Source of the DNA: Minutocellus sp. GHC0000111
Lineage: Eukaryota
Direction of reading: 5' to 3'
DNA length: 64,000 bases
Assembly (NCBI GenBank): GCA_977018835.1
Contig: OZ361256.1
Span: 4,154,001-4,218,000, forward strand
Below are positions 37,186 through 48,575 of this stretch, piece by piece (the stretch's first letter is position 1; the number at the start of each line of letters is the position of its first letter). The notes below the pieces were generated by a model, which was not told the origin of the DNA, did no database searches, and saw only the letters and a program-made list of their open reading frames with translations. A program made the position numbers and the translations under genes.

Positions 37186-38667
37186 TCATCTGTTTCGAGA
37201 AGATATCGTCTTCCAGATCCGGAGAAAAGTAATATCCATGAAAAATACGTTGGGGCCGTCTTTGTGGCAGTAGTCGCCCGCAAATGCTCCGGTCCTACCA
37301 AATACTGCAGTGGGCGCATCGTCGATCTTCTTCGAGCCTGCAAACATGTCTTCCAGAGCCTCCAGCACTTGCCCTTGGACGTGGAATACTCGCCCGGCGA
37401 CGCCGACCAACTCTTTGTCCATTTTTTCGATGTTGTCCAGCATATTCTCAAGCGCAGTCACACTCTCCTCTTCGGCCCTGTCCAGCACTATCTTCATCAA
37501 TCGCTCTGCCTTGTGGGCGAGAGCTCTAACAAAGGAAAACCAATCCCCATTGCCCCCCTCGTTGAGAAAACCGACTGGCAGGCTATCTCGCAGACCCCTG
37601 CCTTTCTCGGTCCGCGCATAGTTGGTCATCGTAAGGCCGATTGGGCAGTGCTTCCCCTCCGCCCTGCTTGGAATGGGCTGTTCGCAGTACCCACTTCGGG
37701 CAAAAGTGCACCGCAGGAGCTTCTCATGGACCAAATGCTGCGCCTCGGTGTGAACCGCAACGGTCAAGGAGATGGACGGGTCACCTTTGGATTCCCCTTC
37801 GTTTACGCCATCTATCAGCGTGGATGTCGTGTGTGGGAATCCTCGAGGAACGTACAGAATATCCCCAGCCTTGAGGACAACGTCTACCATTTTTTCTCCC
37901 ACCAAATCCTTCGGTATAGGCTTGTCGTCCTCCTTACCCCACTCGGCATTTCCCATCACCCCCCACACAGGGTTGTGCACATTTGGCAAGGGTGCATACA
38001 CCTGCCACCGCTTCTGCCCCGATAGTTGGAGAGCATACCCGTCCATCCGATCCGTGTGCAGCTGTGCTACCGTTGGTATGCCAGGTGGCGTGACGTAAAG
38101 ATTGCCATTCGCCGCATGGCCGAGTACGTGCTGAAACTGCCTCGTTGCCTCCGCGGCACCAGGATGCAGTGTGTGGATGGCCCCGATCTGCAACGTGGCG
38201 TCGGATATGGCGCTAGGCCCGTCCAACTGCGGCTTGACCACAGGCATGCCATGGATGGACGATGCGTCCAACATCTCACCGCCAACTTGGGCCGTGGATA
38301 CAAATTCCCCCGTCCCGGAAGCCAACCTCACGCCGCTGGTGCTGGTACCCCACAGCAACCCGTTTGTTGCCAAGTCGACGACGCCTGTCCAATCCATTGC
38401 GATATCTTGCAGGGCTGATGGGTCGGCATGCAGCAGCAGTGGCCTTTGCTCGAAGTAGTCATCGAAGAAGGATTGCGACGTGGCAATTGCCGTGACGATG
38501 CACTTGACGTTGGTGCATTTTGATACCTCCTTCTGGAGGAGCGAGTCGAGGACCGCAGCCGAGCATACGCCTTCGTCTGTTCCGGCTGACGAGGAGAGTG
38601 CAGTAGTGATTGCGGCCAAGAGCAGGCATTTGGATAGGACGGCCCTCATTCTTCTTTGGGTGCTCAT
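37186..38667 (-). CDS. JmjC/cupin_4 (ROX/NO66-MINA53-like) 2-oxoglutarate oxygenase with signal peptide
   Basis: DYFEQRPLL, NLYVTP, LHTD (HxD), LQLSGQKRW, LKAGDILYVPRGFPH. Confidence 0.88.
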   Translation of the reverse strand: MSTQRRMRAVLSKCLLLAAITTALSSSAGTDEGVCSAAVLDSLLQKEVSKCTNVKCIVTAIATSQSFFDDYFEQRPLLLHADPSALQDIAMDWTGVVDLATNGLLWGTSTSGVRLASGTGEFVSTAQVGGEMLDASSIHGMPVVKPQLDGPSAISDATLQIGAIHTLHPGAAEATRQFQHVLGHAANGNLYVTPPGIPTVAQLHTDRMDGYALQLSGQKRWQVYAPLPNVHNPVWGVMGNAEWGKEDDKPIPKDLVGEKMVDVVLKAGDILYVPRGFPHTTSTLIDGVNEGESKGDPSISLTVAVHTEAQHLVHEKLLRCTFARSGYCEQPIPSRAEGKHCPIGLTMTNYARTEKGRGLRDSLPVGFLNEGGNGDWFSFVRALAHKAERLMKIVLDRAEEESVTALENMLDNIEKMDKELVGVAGRVFHVQGQVLEALEDMFAGSKKIDDAPTAVFGRTGAFAGDYCHKDGPNVFFMDITFLRIWKTISSRNR

Positions 38668-38885
38668 AAATGACCCTCTTACTTTTCGAGGGGTCGCGAG
38701 CCCGCGAGTGTAAAATGTAGTTGCACACAGCCGCGCCGCGTCGTCGGATGTAGATCTCTGTGCCCCCTTTCAGCGAAAGACACTCGAACTACGTTGCGAA
38801 AATTGTTCGTCGGGATAAATGCTACGATGTGGTTCAACAGCGCCTTCAAATAATGGGTGCCTCAAGTTCGAAAGTTGTTGGCGCC

Positions 38886-39156
38886 TAGGCCTGTGCTAAA
38901 AAGTATCGAACTTTTTGGGCTGATTTCGCCTGGTTGAAAAGTTCGCCAAAAAGTTCGTTTTGACCACTAGTAAATGCTAACTTCTTCTAGTAATTTATTG
39001 TCACAGCCACAAAAAGTGCAATCATGCCGCACTAACTAATAGCTACGTACGCATAACGTCTGTACGTATGTTTTCTACGTAGAATTAGTACTGATTCCTA
39101 CGTAGGGGTCCAGCGAACTTTTTGCCGATTTCGCCGAACTTTTTGGCACAGGCCTA
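38886..39156. mobile_element. Non-autonomous hAT-like MITE, 271 bp
   Basis: TIRs taggcctgtgctaaaaagt / actttttggcacaggccta; 8-bp TSD TTGGCGCC at 38878-38885 and 39157-39164; internal CGAACTTTTTG subterminal repeats. Confidence 0.88.
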
Positions 39157-39384
39157 TTGGCGCCATACCTTCGCCGCGCCACCCGCGACCGCCGGACAGA
39201 CGAAATTGTTTCCCATCGCATCGCATCGCCTGCCGATGCACACCCTCTGACTGCTGACTGCCCTGCTGCCTTCCTGCCTACCTCGCACCCCATTCGACCT
39301 TTGCGTTTCAAAGGCGAAGTGGATAGGCGCTCGCAGGCGTCTGGTCTCTATGCCGCCTACCATTTTTCAGAGCTAACCAGACGA

Positions 39385-40125
39385 ATGAATATGTCAAAAT
39401 TGGGCTCGGCAAGGACACCCTTTGGTCAATACGAGATGCACGGCTTCCAGACAGACCCCACGCTCTCAGATGACGAGAACCTGATGACTATGTGTATGCT
39501 GGTAACGAGGAACTCGGTATGCACACAGGGGCACATGGGTTGCATATTGGTGGGAGGGACATCGGCCCATGCCAATGTGAAGGAAGGCGATCGCGGAAAT
39601 GGCATAGCAGCAAGCGCAACCAATAGCGCTCCGCAACATGACGAGCCACTGCTGTACCAACGAATAATCGGCGTGGCAACGAACAAGCCGCTCTACTCCG
39701 AATTGGACAGCGACGTGCACGCCGAGATTGGGGCAATCGGCGATGCAGCTCGTCGTGGGCATTGCACCGATGGATGCACGGCCTACATCACCATGCCACC
39801 CTGCAAGAATTGCTTTGGCGCATTGATATCAGCAGGATGCAAGCGCATCGTGTCGCCTCGGCCACCAAGTGCAATAGTGGAGGTAGCAGCGAAAGCGCGG
39901 GGTGTGAAAATGGTTACAATGGATTCAGATGCAATTGATAGAATAAAGGCTCGTATTCATCTTTTGGTAAATGAGGCTGGTGGTGATGATAATGATGAGA
40001 AGCGAAAGGCGGATATTGCTGCAAAACGAAAAGCACGGAAGGAAGCATCAAAGCTGAAGAAGGAAAAGAGGAGGCGTATTGTAGAAGAGAATATTCGAAT
40101 CCAGGGAGAAAGCAAGGAACTTTAG
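39385..40125 (+). CDS. Cytidine/dCMP deaminase family protein
   Basis: DVHAEIGAI and YITMPPCKNC zinc-binding motifs. Confidence 0.88.
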   Translation: MNMSKLGSARTPFGQYEMHGFQTDPTLSDDENLMTMCMLVTRNSVCTQGHMGCILVGGTSAHANVKEGDRGNGIAASATNSAPQHDEPLLYQRIIGVATNKPLYSELDSDVHAEIGAIGDAARRGHCTDGCTAYITMPPCKNCFGALISAGCKRIVSPRPPSAIVEVAAKARGVKMVTMDSDAIDRIKARIHLLVNEAGGDDNDEKRKADIAAKRKARKEASKLKKEKRRRIVEENIRIQGESKEL

Positions 40126-41010
40126 AGATGGCAAGAGTTGCCATTAGGCGTGCTTCTTTGGTGATCGTTCCATCCATTGGTGTTGTTGTTGTTGTTGCCG
40201 AGAACAACTTTCGTCTCGCTGTTTTGCGTTGCTCAAAAGCTGAGTTCTCCTTCAGCAATGGCATACAAAGCTCGAAGTAGAATGCCGATTGTCTATTCCC
40301 TGGGCCGACTTGCTCCATTCTGCGTGGGAGCGGGGGCGCTCTCACACTGGCTCTGGATGGCATATGCATGGGTGATCTCGCTTTCTGTTACACGCCAGAA
40401 AGAAACTACTACAACTCCTCAGCTTTCGGGAGGTTTCGGCTCGCCTTCTCCTTTCTGGGCAGTTTTCGAACCGTTCATCCACGCCACCAGGAAGAACTTG
40501 ACGTACCGACCTATCGTGCCACATGAGGGTCGAACAGTCACACCCTTTGTCTGATCTCACAAATCAACAATCAGAATAGAACGGAAGCAAAATCCGATAC
40601 GCAACTCCAACAAGAATACGAGTAAAAAATATGAACCTCACCAACAATCTGACTTTATCTGGAGGAGATGACCCTCGCGATAACGAGGTGTTCATGACAG
40701 AAGGCATGGAGCCGATTGTCGCCGCGTGCAAGAATGCAGTTACATATCCAATCCGAGCGATATCCAAACTGACAAAGAAGGTATCATCAAAGCGATCGCA
40801 CTGCAAGGACGGCTCATGCGCAATATAGCTGCTACCCTGAAAAGATAGCGGTTGCGATTTGTAAAACGAGAGCACGCAACACAAAAAACCTACCGAGCAG
40901 ACATTCGCTGAACTGCACGGAGAGAAAAGATCGATAGCTACATGTACGCAGCTAGAGAACGTTAGAACATAATATAGCATCGAGTAAAGCAATAAATTAT
41001 AATAGCCAAT

Positions 41011-42745
41011 TTACTGCCCCTTGAGGGAAGCCTTCTTGTCCTTCCAAGTTTTTGATATAGCCTTGCCGATGGCTCCTCTGCCCATCGCTGCTCTTAACGC
41101 GCATGCTGGTCCATAGACTCCAAGACGGAATATAAATGTGGCAAATATAGCATTGAGACTTGTGGCATTCCTCAATACTCCAACCTGGGCAAGGAAGGTC
41201 GATATACCTAAGAACAACATCCAACCAAAGTCCTTGGATGCCAGCATAGCGCCATCCACGGTAACCGCCATAATGGCATTGGCCACCATGAAGAAGACAG
41301 ACGGTGCCGCCGAATGAGCAATGGCCTGAAATTTTCCCAGTAAGGAATCTTGCCACAACAAATGCAAGCGAACCAACAAGAAGTGAAGCGCCAAACCCGA
41401 GGGTGAGCACCGATTTCAAGTTTGCCAGTAGACCTTCTCCATCCTCCCGATCGACCAGGGCCGGCAGCTTGGTCTGACTCAGTTGGGACAGAGGCTCGCC
41501 GAAAAGTAAGAAGAAGGAGACAATATTGGTGCACAATTGGAATGCCGCAAGGCTCTTCAAATCTCCCAGATTGCTCGCTGCTCTCTGCATATAAACAAAG
41601 CCGAGAAGTCGAGTGATTGTTATCATCATCAGTGGTCCCATAAACTCCACCAAGCTACCAACTTCCGCGCGCGTTGGGAGTCGTATCTTTGGCAGCAAGC
41701 TCTTTCGTTTGAGAGCCTGGATCATGAGGCTGGAACTAAGCAAAGTGACGATGGAGGTGGCCGCGGCGGCACCGGCACATCCCCACCGCAGCGGGTTGAT
41801 GCAAAAAATATAATCTCCGACCACGTTGAGAGCAGCTGCCGTTGTAACAATCTTGAGTGGAGTGATGGCATCTCTCGTCGCCAATAGTATCTGGAGGCAG
41901 CAAGCCTGGGCCAGCGCTGCCCACGCAATGGCTCCCCTCCAGTAGATGTAGCTGCTTGCCTTGGAAATGAGGGTGGGGTTCACTTGCATGTTTGACAAGA
42001 GCGAGGGTGTAAATACTGCATATAGACCCGACAAGACCAACCCAATGAGGAGGGATACCGTGAGAGGTGCCGATGCCGCCTCCCTTGCACCCTCGGCGTT
42101 GCCCTCTCCATCATGCGCCGATCCCGATGCATACGCCCTCGATACCAGACCAGTCGTTGCCCTGGCCAGGAAGCTGAACAAGTACAGCACCTGATCCGTA
42201 CACAACGTCGCCGGACTAAGGGCTGCCAGTCCCTCCGATCCGACGGTACGGCCCACAAAGGCATTGTCAATGTTGGACAGCAGCGGGTTGACCAAGAATA
42301 TACCCAGTGCCGGGAGGGCAAAGGCCATCATCTCTCGCTTGGAGGCTGCGGCTGCTGGTTTTGACGAGGACAACTTGGCATCATCCTCGGTGCCACCTCC
42401 TCGAATGTTTTCGATGCTGCTCGGCAGATCCATTTCGTCACCGGTCAGCAAGTTGGGTTCGACGTTGACATCTCCCGCAATTGCGTTGGAATCGTCCTCG
42501 TCCAGCGACATGCGTACTGGTAGTAACCGAGTTGAAGCATATCTTGCCCTTCGGCGGTGAGGAGGCCCTCTTACTGCCAACGCATCGTGCTGCTGCTGCA
42601 AATGATGTGCTGGTTTCCGGGCAAGTCGCTGAATATTCCCGTTACTTCTGCTCTGGACGGAGGAGAATCCCGCGGCATGACCGGCCAGGGCGTGGTGCAG
42701 CAGGAGGGCGAGGGTGGCCGCCGAGGAGGTGGTCGTGGCCGGCAT
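41011..42745 (-). CDS. MATE family transporter, probably plastid-targeted (frameshift near 41330)
   Basis: Signal peptide plus AAGF; FALPALG..PLLSNIDNAFVG, LAALSP, DAITPL, GAAAAT; the C-terminal helices continue in ORF 41011-41394. Confidence 0.85.
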
Positions 42746-42954
42746 GGTTGCAAGAAAGGCGAATGGCCGATGACGCGAAGCGAAGATGCATCTGTCTGCA
42801 CCATTTTCAGGGTGATCAGTCGAAACACGTTAATTAAAATTTCCCAGCTCGATCGCACATCGCCGAAAACGACACATGATGTGCTGAGACGGAAGATACG
42901 CTCCATAATTCGCCCTGCCCATTGGTTCCACTTCTCCACGCAACCGACCAAGCC

Positions 42955-44820
42955 ATGAGCTACAAGCGCAACACCGGTGCCAACAGGGACGCGTTGTTCG
43001 CCCCCAGCGGCGGTGGAAGCAGCGGCGGGCCAGCCCATAGAGCCAACCACTCGGCGAACCGAGATGCGCTGTTCGGGAGTGCCGGAGGCGGCGGCGGCGG
43101 CGCTGGAGGACGACCAAGCGGCGCTACCAGCCGACCGGCCGCAGCTCCCTCCACCGCTTCGGCTCCCCGAACTTCCTCCAGCGTGTCCTCTCGCTCGTCA
43201 ACGTCACGAACTACCACCGCCGCAACCGCAGCCCCAACCAGCCGCTCCCGAACTACTCGTACCACCACCTCCGGTCCGACCCTGTCGGGTCCGGCCAAGA
43301 TGGCCAAAATGAAGGGGTCTTCTGGTGGACCTCCCGAAGTAGCAACAGTGACCATCACGCTCTCTCCCTCTTTCGTAAATAGTGGCGTGATGAAGACCAT
43401 GAAGATGTCGTAAATGAACACAGCGATGAGGAGAATGGTCGCAATCTTGATCTTCGGCCTCAAAGCCAAAAAGGCCATGACGCGCGGTATCTTTTCCAGT
43501 CCCGACCCCATCGCCGCCGGAAACTACTACAAACGAGCCGCCGACGCCTACAAGGCCTGTGGGGAGAATCGGTTGGAAAGACTCCATCGCATTGCCAGCG
43601 CCGACTGTCAGATGGGCCAGGATGCCTACGCTACCGCCGCCACGGAATTTATGCGGGCCGCCGAGCTGGCGGCCGTGAGCGACGAACCGGCCGAAAAGAG
43701 GGAGAAGGAGGTTTGTAAAGTGTACACCGATGCCAGCGAGGCGTGGCGGCAGGCCAACGAATTGGGCCGGGCGGGCGATTGCCTGATGCGCGCCACCTTG
43801 GGTCTGCTGCTGGGATCCGACGAGGAGATGGAGGTGGAGGGCGTCGAGGGCGGCCGGAAGCTCATGGCCATGAACAAGCGTGCCCTCAAGGCGATCGAGG
43901 AGGCCGTAGAGGCGCACGTGCCCGACCTGCTCAATCGCTACGCCTCGTACCGCCAGACGGGGACGTCGGCCTACGTCGATCCCGACGCCGACCCGAACGA
44001 TGCCACCGTCAATGGTGCCGCCATGGATTTGGCCAGGCACAACGTGGTCAAGACGAGCTATGCGCACGAGACTGTCTACAAGGCGTGCTTCAAGCTCATA
44101 AAATATGGCGAATATCCGTCCGCGCTCTATGCCGCCGGTGCCGCCACCGCCCTCATCAGTGCCGATGGATTTGCCACCATTTCGCTCTCCAGGGCGTTTG
44201 CCGCCGAGACGGTGCTGTGTCTGGCCTTGGGCGACGTGGTGGCGGCCGACAAGTACTTCTTGGAGGTGCATCTGCAGAAGGATAGCTATCTGAGCTCGAG
44301 AGAGTGCAAGCTGTCGGAGGATCTGATTCGGGCCATCAAGAACATGGACGGGGAGGCCCTCGAGGAGGCTCGGGATCCCAACGGTAGTAATCGGGCTGCG
44401 TTGGCCAATTTGGATCCCAGTTTGAGAGGGTTGGTGAAGAATCTGCGCATGAGTGGTCGGGCCGGTAGAGGTCCTGGTGGCGGTGGTAGTGGTGCTCCAT
44501 CGGCCGCTGCCAAGAAGAAGGCACCGCCGCTTTCCCGCCCCCCTCAACCCAAGGCTCCACCTACAAGCGCTGCTCCACCGGCGCCGTCTGCTCCCACAAA
44601 GCAAGCGGATTCCATGCTGGAAGGCGCAGCGCTCCAGTCGTCCCTGGACGCCAACTTTGCCGAACTGGACGAGCTCAACATTGACGATATGGGCCTTGGC
44701 GGAGACGATGATCTCGGTGGATTTGGCGAGGAGCCTCCTGCAATTGACGATGCACCCGCACCAACGATGCCGGCTGCGGAACCCGAGGAATTCGATGACG
44801 ATGATATTGATTTGCGATAG
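42955..44820 (+). pseudogene. Gamma-SNAP-like (NSF attachment protein) gene interrupted by a 140-bp inverted SPPL fragment
   Basis: KAKKAMTRGIFSSPDPIAAGNYYKRAADAYK, LALGDVVAA and acidic DDDDIDLR end. ORFs 42922-43413 and 43414-44820 share one frame; the TAA at 43411 lies inside the insert. Confidence 0.75.
43312..43451 (-). repeat. Perfect 140-bp inverted copy of 47819-47958
   Basis: Base-by-base reverse complement; the minus strand translates to IKIATILLIAVFIYDIFMVFITPLFTKEGESVMVTVATSGGPPEDP. Confidence 0.97.
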
Positions 44821-44874
44821 AGAATGAATGTCATGGATATAGGTTCTATTTTGACATATATGCTAATTATCGTG

Positions 44875-45351
44875 CTACAATGATATTGTATCAACCAAAG
44901 TTGATCGAAGAGGGACAACAAATTCATCCTCGAATGTCTCGAAAGCAAGCTGCATCATGTTGCACAATACCACTTGGCCTGAATCTTGCGGCTGGCCGCA
45001 CATCATGCTAAGCGCAATTCTTGCAATTCCAAAGGCCGCCATTCCTCCACGGAAGAGGTGATATGCAATCGAACCTGCTTCTCTCAGCATATCATCTGTC
45101 GATATTTCGTCGACGTGTAAATGTATGTCAGTAACATCATCTACATGCATCGTCATGAGCGAATCGATTTCCGGATAGGAACCATGACATGCGGCAGCAT
45201 CTGTTGACGTGTGTACTTCCTTGCAGCCGAGGCTGATCCGACCAGCCCTGAAATCAGCTGCCCCCAATGCCGAAAGGACCACCAAGGCAATGAGGAAAGT
45301 AGCGAGGAGAAGGCCCTTGCTTACACGTACTCCCAACATCATCACTCGCAT
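44875..45351 (-). CDS. Small hypothetical protein with N-terminal hydrophobic segment
   Basis: 158-aa ATG-initiated ORF in an otherwise unoccupied gap. Confidence 0.35.
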   Translation of the reverse strand: MRVMMLGVRVSKGLLLATFLIALVVLSALGAADFRAGRISLGCKEVHTSTDAAACHGSYPEIDSLMTMHVDDVTDIHLHVDEISTDDMLREAGSIAYHLFRGGMAAFGIARIALSMMCGQPQDSGQVVLCNMMQLAFETFEDEFVVPLRSTLVDTISL

Positions 45352-45727
45352 GCATGTGCTCAGTTTCTGACTTGATATCGATACCTGAGCGTAATGGGTT
45401 CGCCAATCCTGCGTGCTTATCTATCTTGGATGCAGCGGCCTCAAATCATTGCCGTCAAATTCAATCATACGCGACGTCGCAAGCAGGCAGGCAGTTTGCT
45501 TCATTCAGCCGGCCATTCATTCATTTTCAGGTGCGGCAGCAGTCTGGCTCTTTCGTTTTGGTAGAGGCCCTTTCGAGCCACTCTCCTTTTTTCGTCTTTC
45601 CATCTGTCTGGGTTGGGTTTGCCAAACACGATCGCATCTCAAGTCATTATTTTTCAAACGAGCAGAGAAGATGAAGCGGCCGAGAGGGCAAGGCATGGGC
45701 GCCGGTCGCACACAATCAACCCAAATC

Positions 45728-48532
45728 ATGCCGCCAATCTCTCATCTCTTGGCAGTTGCAGCTGCCGCCCTGCTCTTGAGTCCGTCGGCTCAGGCGGTCA
45801 TCCCTTCCAACGCCCTGCAGCTCCAGCGTCGGACCGTCACCACAAATTCTGACAAAGCGGCGGAAAACAATAACAATTCTCGGCCCAAGCAAACGACGAT
45901 GTGGGCGTCGGGTGCCTCCTTCGGTGGCAAGCTGCCCGTTGGCACCCGGTCAGGACCACCGGCTGGAACGAACGATCAATCGATTGTAGTCGAACCCCCA
46001 TCGGACAATCCATATCTGTGCGAACCCATCGAAACGCAAACCGGCACAAACACGCCAGATGAATTCGATGCGTCCAATTCCAATTCCATGTACGACTACT
46101 ACTACGTCGGCAAGACCATGCTGGTCCCCCGCGGACTGTGCAGCTTCGAGCGCAAGGCGCTGACGGCGCAGCAGCTGGGGGCCGAGCTGGTCGTGGTGCG
46201 GAATACGCTCGAATCGCGTTATGGCCTGAACGAAACCAGTGCAGATGACAGCATCGGAAATGCCACCGATACGAGCAGTCCGGAAATAATGAGCGCTGGA
46301 GGAGAAGAGGTCGATGGCAGCGGTGTCATTCAAATGGATAACGATGAAGAAATTGCCGATGCAAATGACAATGTCAATGCCACCTATGAGGATATCATTT
46401 GGCCACAGCCCCAGGCAGACTACGAATGTGCCAACGGCCAGGCGCTGATCCCACAGGAACTCCTCAGCTTCGATCCTCTCCCGTACAATGCCGATCACAA
46501 CGATCCATTGCTGTCCGGGACAGCCGGCGAGGGCAACCTGTGTGCCATCTACGCCACGCCCGATGGAAATGGTGGTGGCGGGCAAAGCAGCTTTGAGAGC
46601 CGATGCGAAAGTCAGCTCTGTTTGCTCACCGGCGTCACGAGGGGGGAGGGCGGGAAGCGCAACCGCACCATGATGGAGGCCTGCTGCGCGTGGGATTTAC
46701 ACCGCGAGATGGGTCCCGATGGGACCATTGGCAACACGGAGGAAACCACCGTGGTCATACCGGCGGTATTTGTCACCATGGCCGATGGGTACGAGTTGCT
46801 GGAATCGTTGACTTCGGAAGTTGCACAAGAAATTGTGTCGGCAGTGGGATATCAGCGATGGTATCCATATCCCAATGCCAGCACATTCTTGTTGTGGATG
46901 CTGGGAGTGTTTGTGACGTGGCTTGCCAGCTACCTCAGCGCGTGGGAATATCGCAAGGCATACAAGATCATTGATCAGGCCAAGAGGGAGGGCCGACGAG
47001 TGTTTCGGGTTGCCGGTGCTCCGGCGGCGACTGTCCGGAGGATAGAGGAGGGCGCTACCGCTCCAGCTGCGGAGGTTTTGGACAGAGATGGAGATGCGGG
47101 AGACACTTCCGATGCTTTTGAAGACGAGCCTGAGGAAGACATGCACGATGTGAACTTGGATGTCGTTGCGGTAGATGATGGTGATCGATCAGCTCCAACC
47201 CCGGTTGAGAGAATCCGCGGAGGAGATCCTGCGTATGCACAAGATTCAACTAGCAATGCAAATCGTATCGGACCGTCGACGGTTGAGAGAATCCGTGGCG
47301 GCTATGCATCCAATGTGACTGAAGAGGCTCGGCAAGGTAGCACGGAGGGTCCTGGCCCAGTGACAGTCGCCGCCCCATCAGCATCTCCTCAGCAAGAGCA
47401 GCACGTTGAGATCGGCATGTACCACGTGTTGGGCTTCATTGTATTCGCCAGCGCCGCGCTATTTGTTCTATTCTACTTCGAGATTTACAGGGTGGTCACC
47501 ATTATGTACGGCATTGGTTGTTCCGGAGCCATGGCATTGGTCATCTTTCAGCCCCTCTATCGCTATCTTCCCAAGAAACTATCGTGGCTGGGATTTTTGC
47601 AGGATTCACCCTGTCCCAAGGCCACTTTCTGTGGATGCAACACCTTTACGTTCAATGAAGTGTTTAGTGCTCTTAGTGGATATGCAATCGGTACCTCATG
47701 GCTCTACATCGCCCTGACACAACTGGACCCTCATACCAACACATACTTTTGGGTCGTCCAGAACATCATGGGCGCCAGCGTCTCGATTGCATTCCTGGGC
47801 GTCATTCGAGTCAGCAACATCAAGATTGCGACCATTCTCCTCATCGCTGTGTTCATTTACGACATCTTCATGGTCTTCATCACGCCACTATTTACGAAAG
47901 AGGGAGAGAGCGTGATGGTCACTGTTGCTACTTCGGGAGGTCCACCAGAAGACCCCTTGTTCTGTGAGAAGTATCCCACCGAGGGCGATTGTCGCCAAGG
48001 TGACCCCCTGCCAATGCTGCTGACAATTCCCAGATTAAACGACTACCGAGGTGGAGGCAATCTACTTGGTCTTGGCGACATTGTGCTCCCAGGCCTGCTC
48101 ATCGCGTTTGCTGCTCGACTGGATGCAGCGAAGCGTCTCCTCAAGCTCTGCACCGAAGTATATCGAGCGGAGGTTGGGGGTCCCATGCCTCGCAGGCCAT
48201 CGGGAAGCACCATTGCTTCATCGGTTGAGGATAATGGGAACCAAGAGATTGAAAATGAAAAGAGAAGCAAGATGGCAGCTACCAGACAACTTCTATTTGG
48301 TGGTTACTTTGGCCCACTTACCATTGCATATGGGTTTGGACTAGCGATGGCATTTCTCGCTGTTCATCTAATGCAGACAGGACAGCCGGCTCTTTTATAC
48401 CTTGTTCCAGCGGTTCTTGGTGCGATGGTCATTCTGGGGAAGGTCAAGGGGGAACTCAAGGAGTTATGGAAAGGTTCGAACAGGATCAAGAAATGTGACA
48501 AGATAGTGTCGTCGGTTCGGTCTCTATTTTGA
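45728..48532 (+). CDS. Signal peptide peptidase-like (SPPL2-type, A22B) aspartyl intramembrane protease with PA domain
   Basis: Signal peptide; PA motif VPRGLCSFERKA; catalytic FIYDIF and LGLGDIV; GQPALLYLVP. Confidence 0.93.
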   Translation: MPPISHLLAVAAAALLLSPSAQAVIPSNALQLQRRTVTTNSDKAAENNNNSRPKQTTMWASGASFGGKLPVGTRSGPPAGTNDQSIVVEPPSDNPYLCEPIETQTGTNTPDEFDASNSNSMYDYYYVGKTMLVPRGLCSFERKALTAQQLGAELVVVRNTLESRYGLNETSADDSIGNATDTSSPEIMSAGGEEVDGSGVIQMDNDEEIADANDNVNATYEDIIWPQPQADYECANGQALIPQELLSFDPLPYNADHNDPLLSGTAGEGNLCAIYATPDGNGGGGQSSFESRCESQLCLLTGVTRGEGGKRNRTMMEACCAWDLHREMGPDGTIGNTEETTVVIPAVFVTMADGYELLESLTSEVAQEIVSAVGYQRWYPYPNASTFLLWMLGVFVTWLASYLSAWEYRKAYKIIDQAKREGRRVFRVAGAPAATVRRIEEGATAPAAEVLDRDGDAGDTSDAFEDEPEEDMHDVNLDVVAVDDGDRSAPTPVERIRGGDPAYAQDSTSNANRIGPSTVERIRGGYASNVTEEARQGSTEGPGPVTVAAPSASPQQEQHVEIGMYHVLGFIVFASAALFVLFYFEIYRVVTIMYGIGCSGAMALVIFQPLYRYLPKKLSWLGFLQDSPCPKATFCGCNTFTFNEVFSALSGYAIGTSWLYIALTQLDPHTNTYFWVVQNIMGASVSIAFLGVIRVSNIKIATILLIAVFIYDIFMVFITPLFTKEGESVMVTVATSGGPPEDPLFCEKYPTEGDCRQGDPLPMLLTIPRLNDYRGGGNLLGLGDIVLPGLLIAFAARLDAAKRLLKLCTEVYRAEVGGPMPRRPSGSTIASSVEDNGNQEIENEKRSKMAATRQLLFGGYFGPLTIAYGFGLAMAFLAVHLMQTGQPALLYLVPAVLGAMVILGKVKGELKELWKGSNRIKKCDKIVSSVRSLF
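47819..47958 (+). repeat. Donor copy of the 140-bp inverted repeat (SPPL YD catalytic helix)
   Basis: In-frame part of the SPPL CDS; identical in reverse complement to 43312-43451. Confidence 0.97.
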
Positions 48533-48575
48533 AAGCTAAAATTAAAAATAGATCTATCGCCACAAGATCTGCTTC

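Noticed and set aside
40177..40992. Short ORFs between the deaminase and MATE genes
   Set aside because: No recognisable motifs; cannot be supported as genes
43204..44604. Long antisense ORFs (also 58084-59364 and 23129-24106)
   Set aside because: Shadow ORFs of GC-rich coding sequence on the opposite strand
43312..47958. Diversity-generating retroelement TR/VR pair
   Set aside because: The copies are identical (no adenine-specific mismatches) and no reverse transcriptase is present
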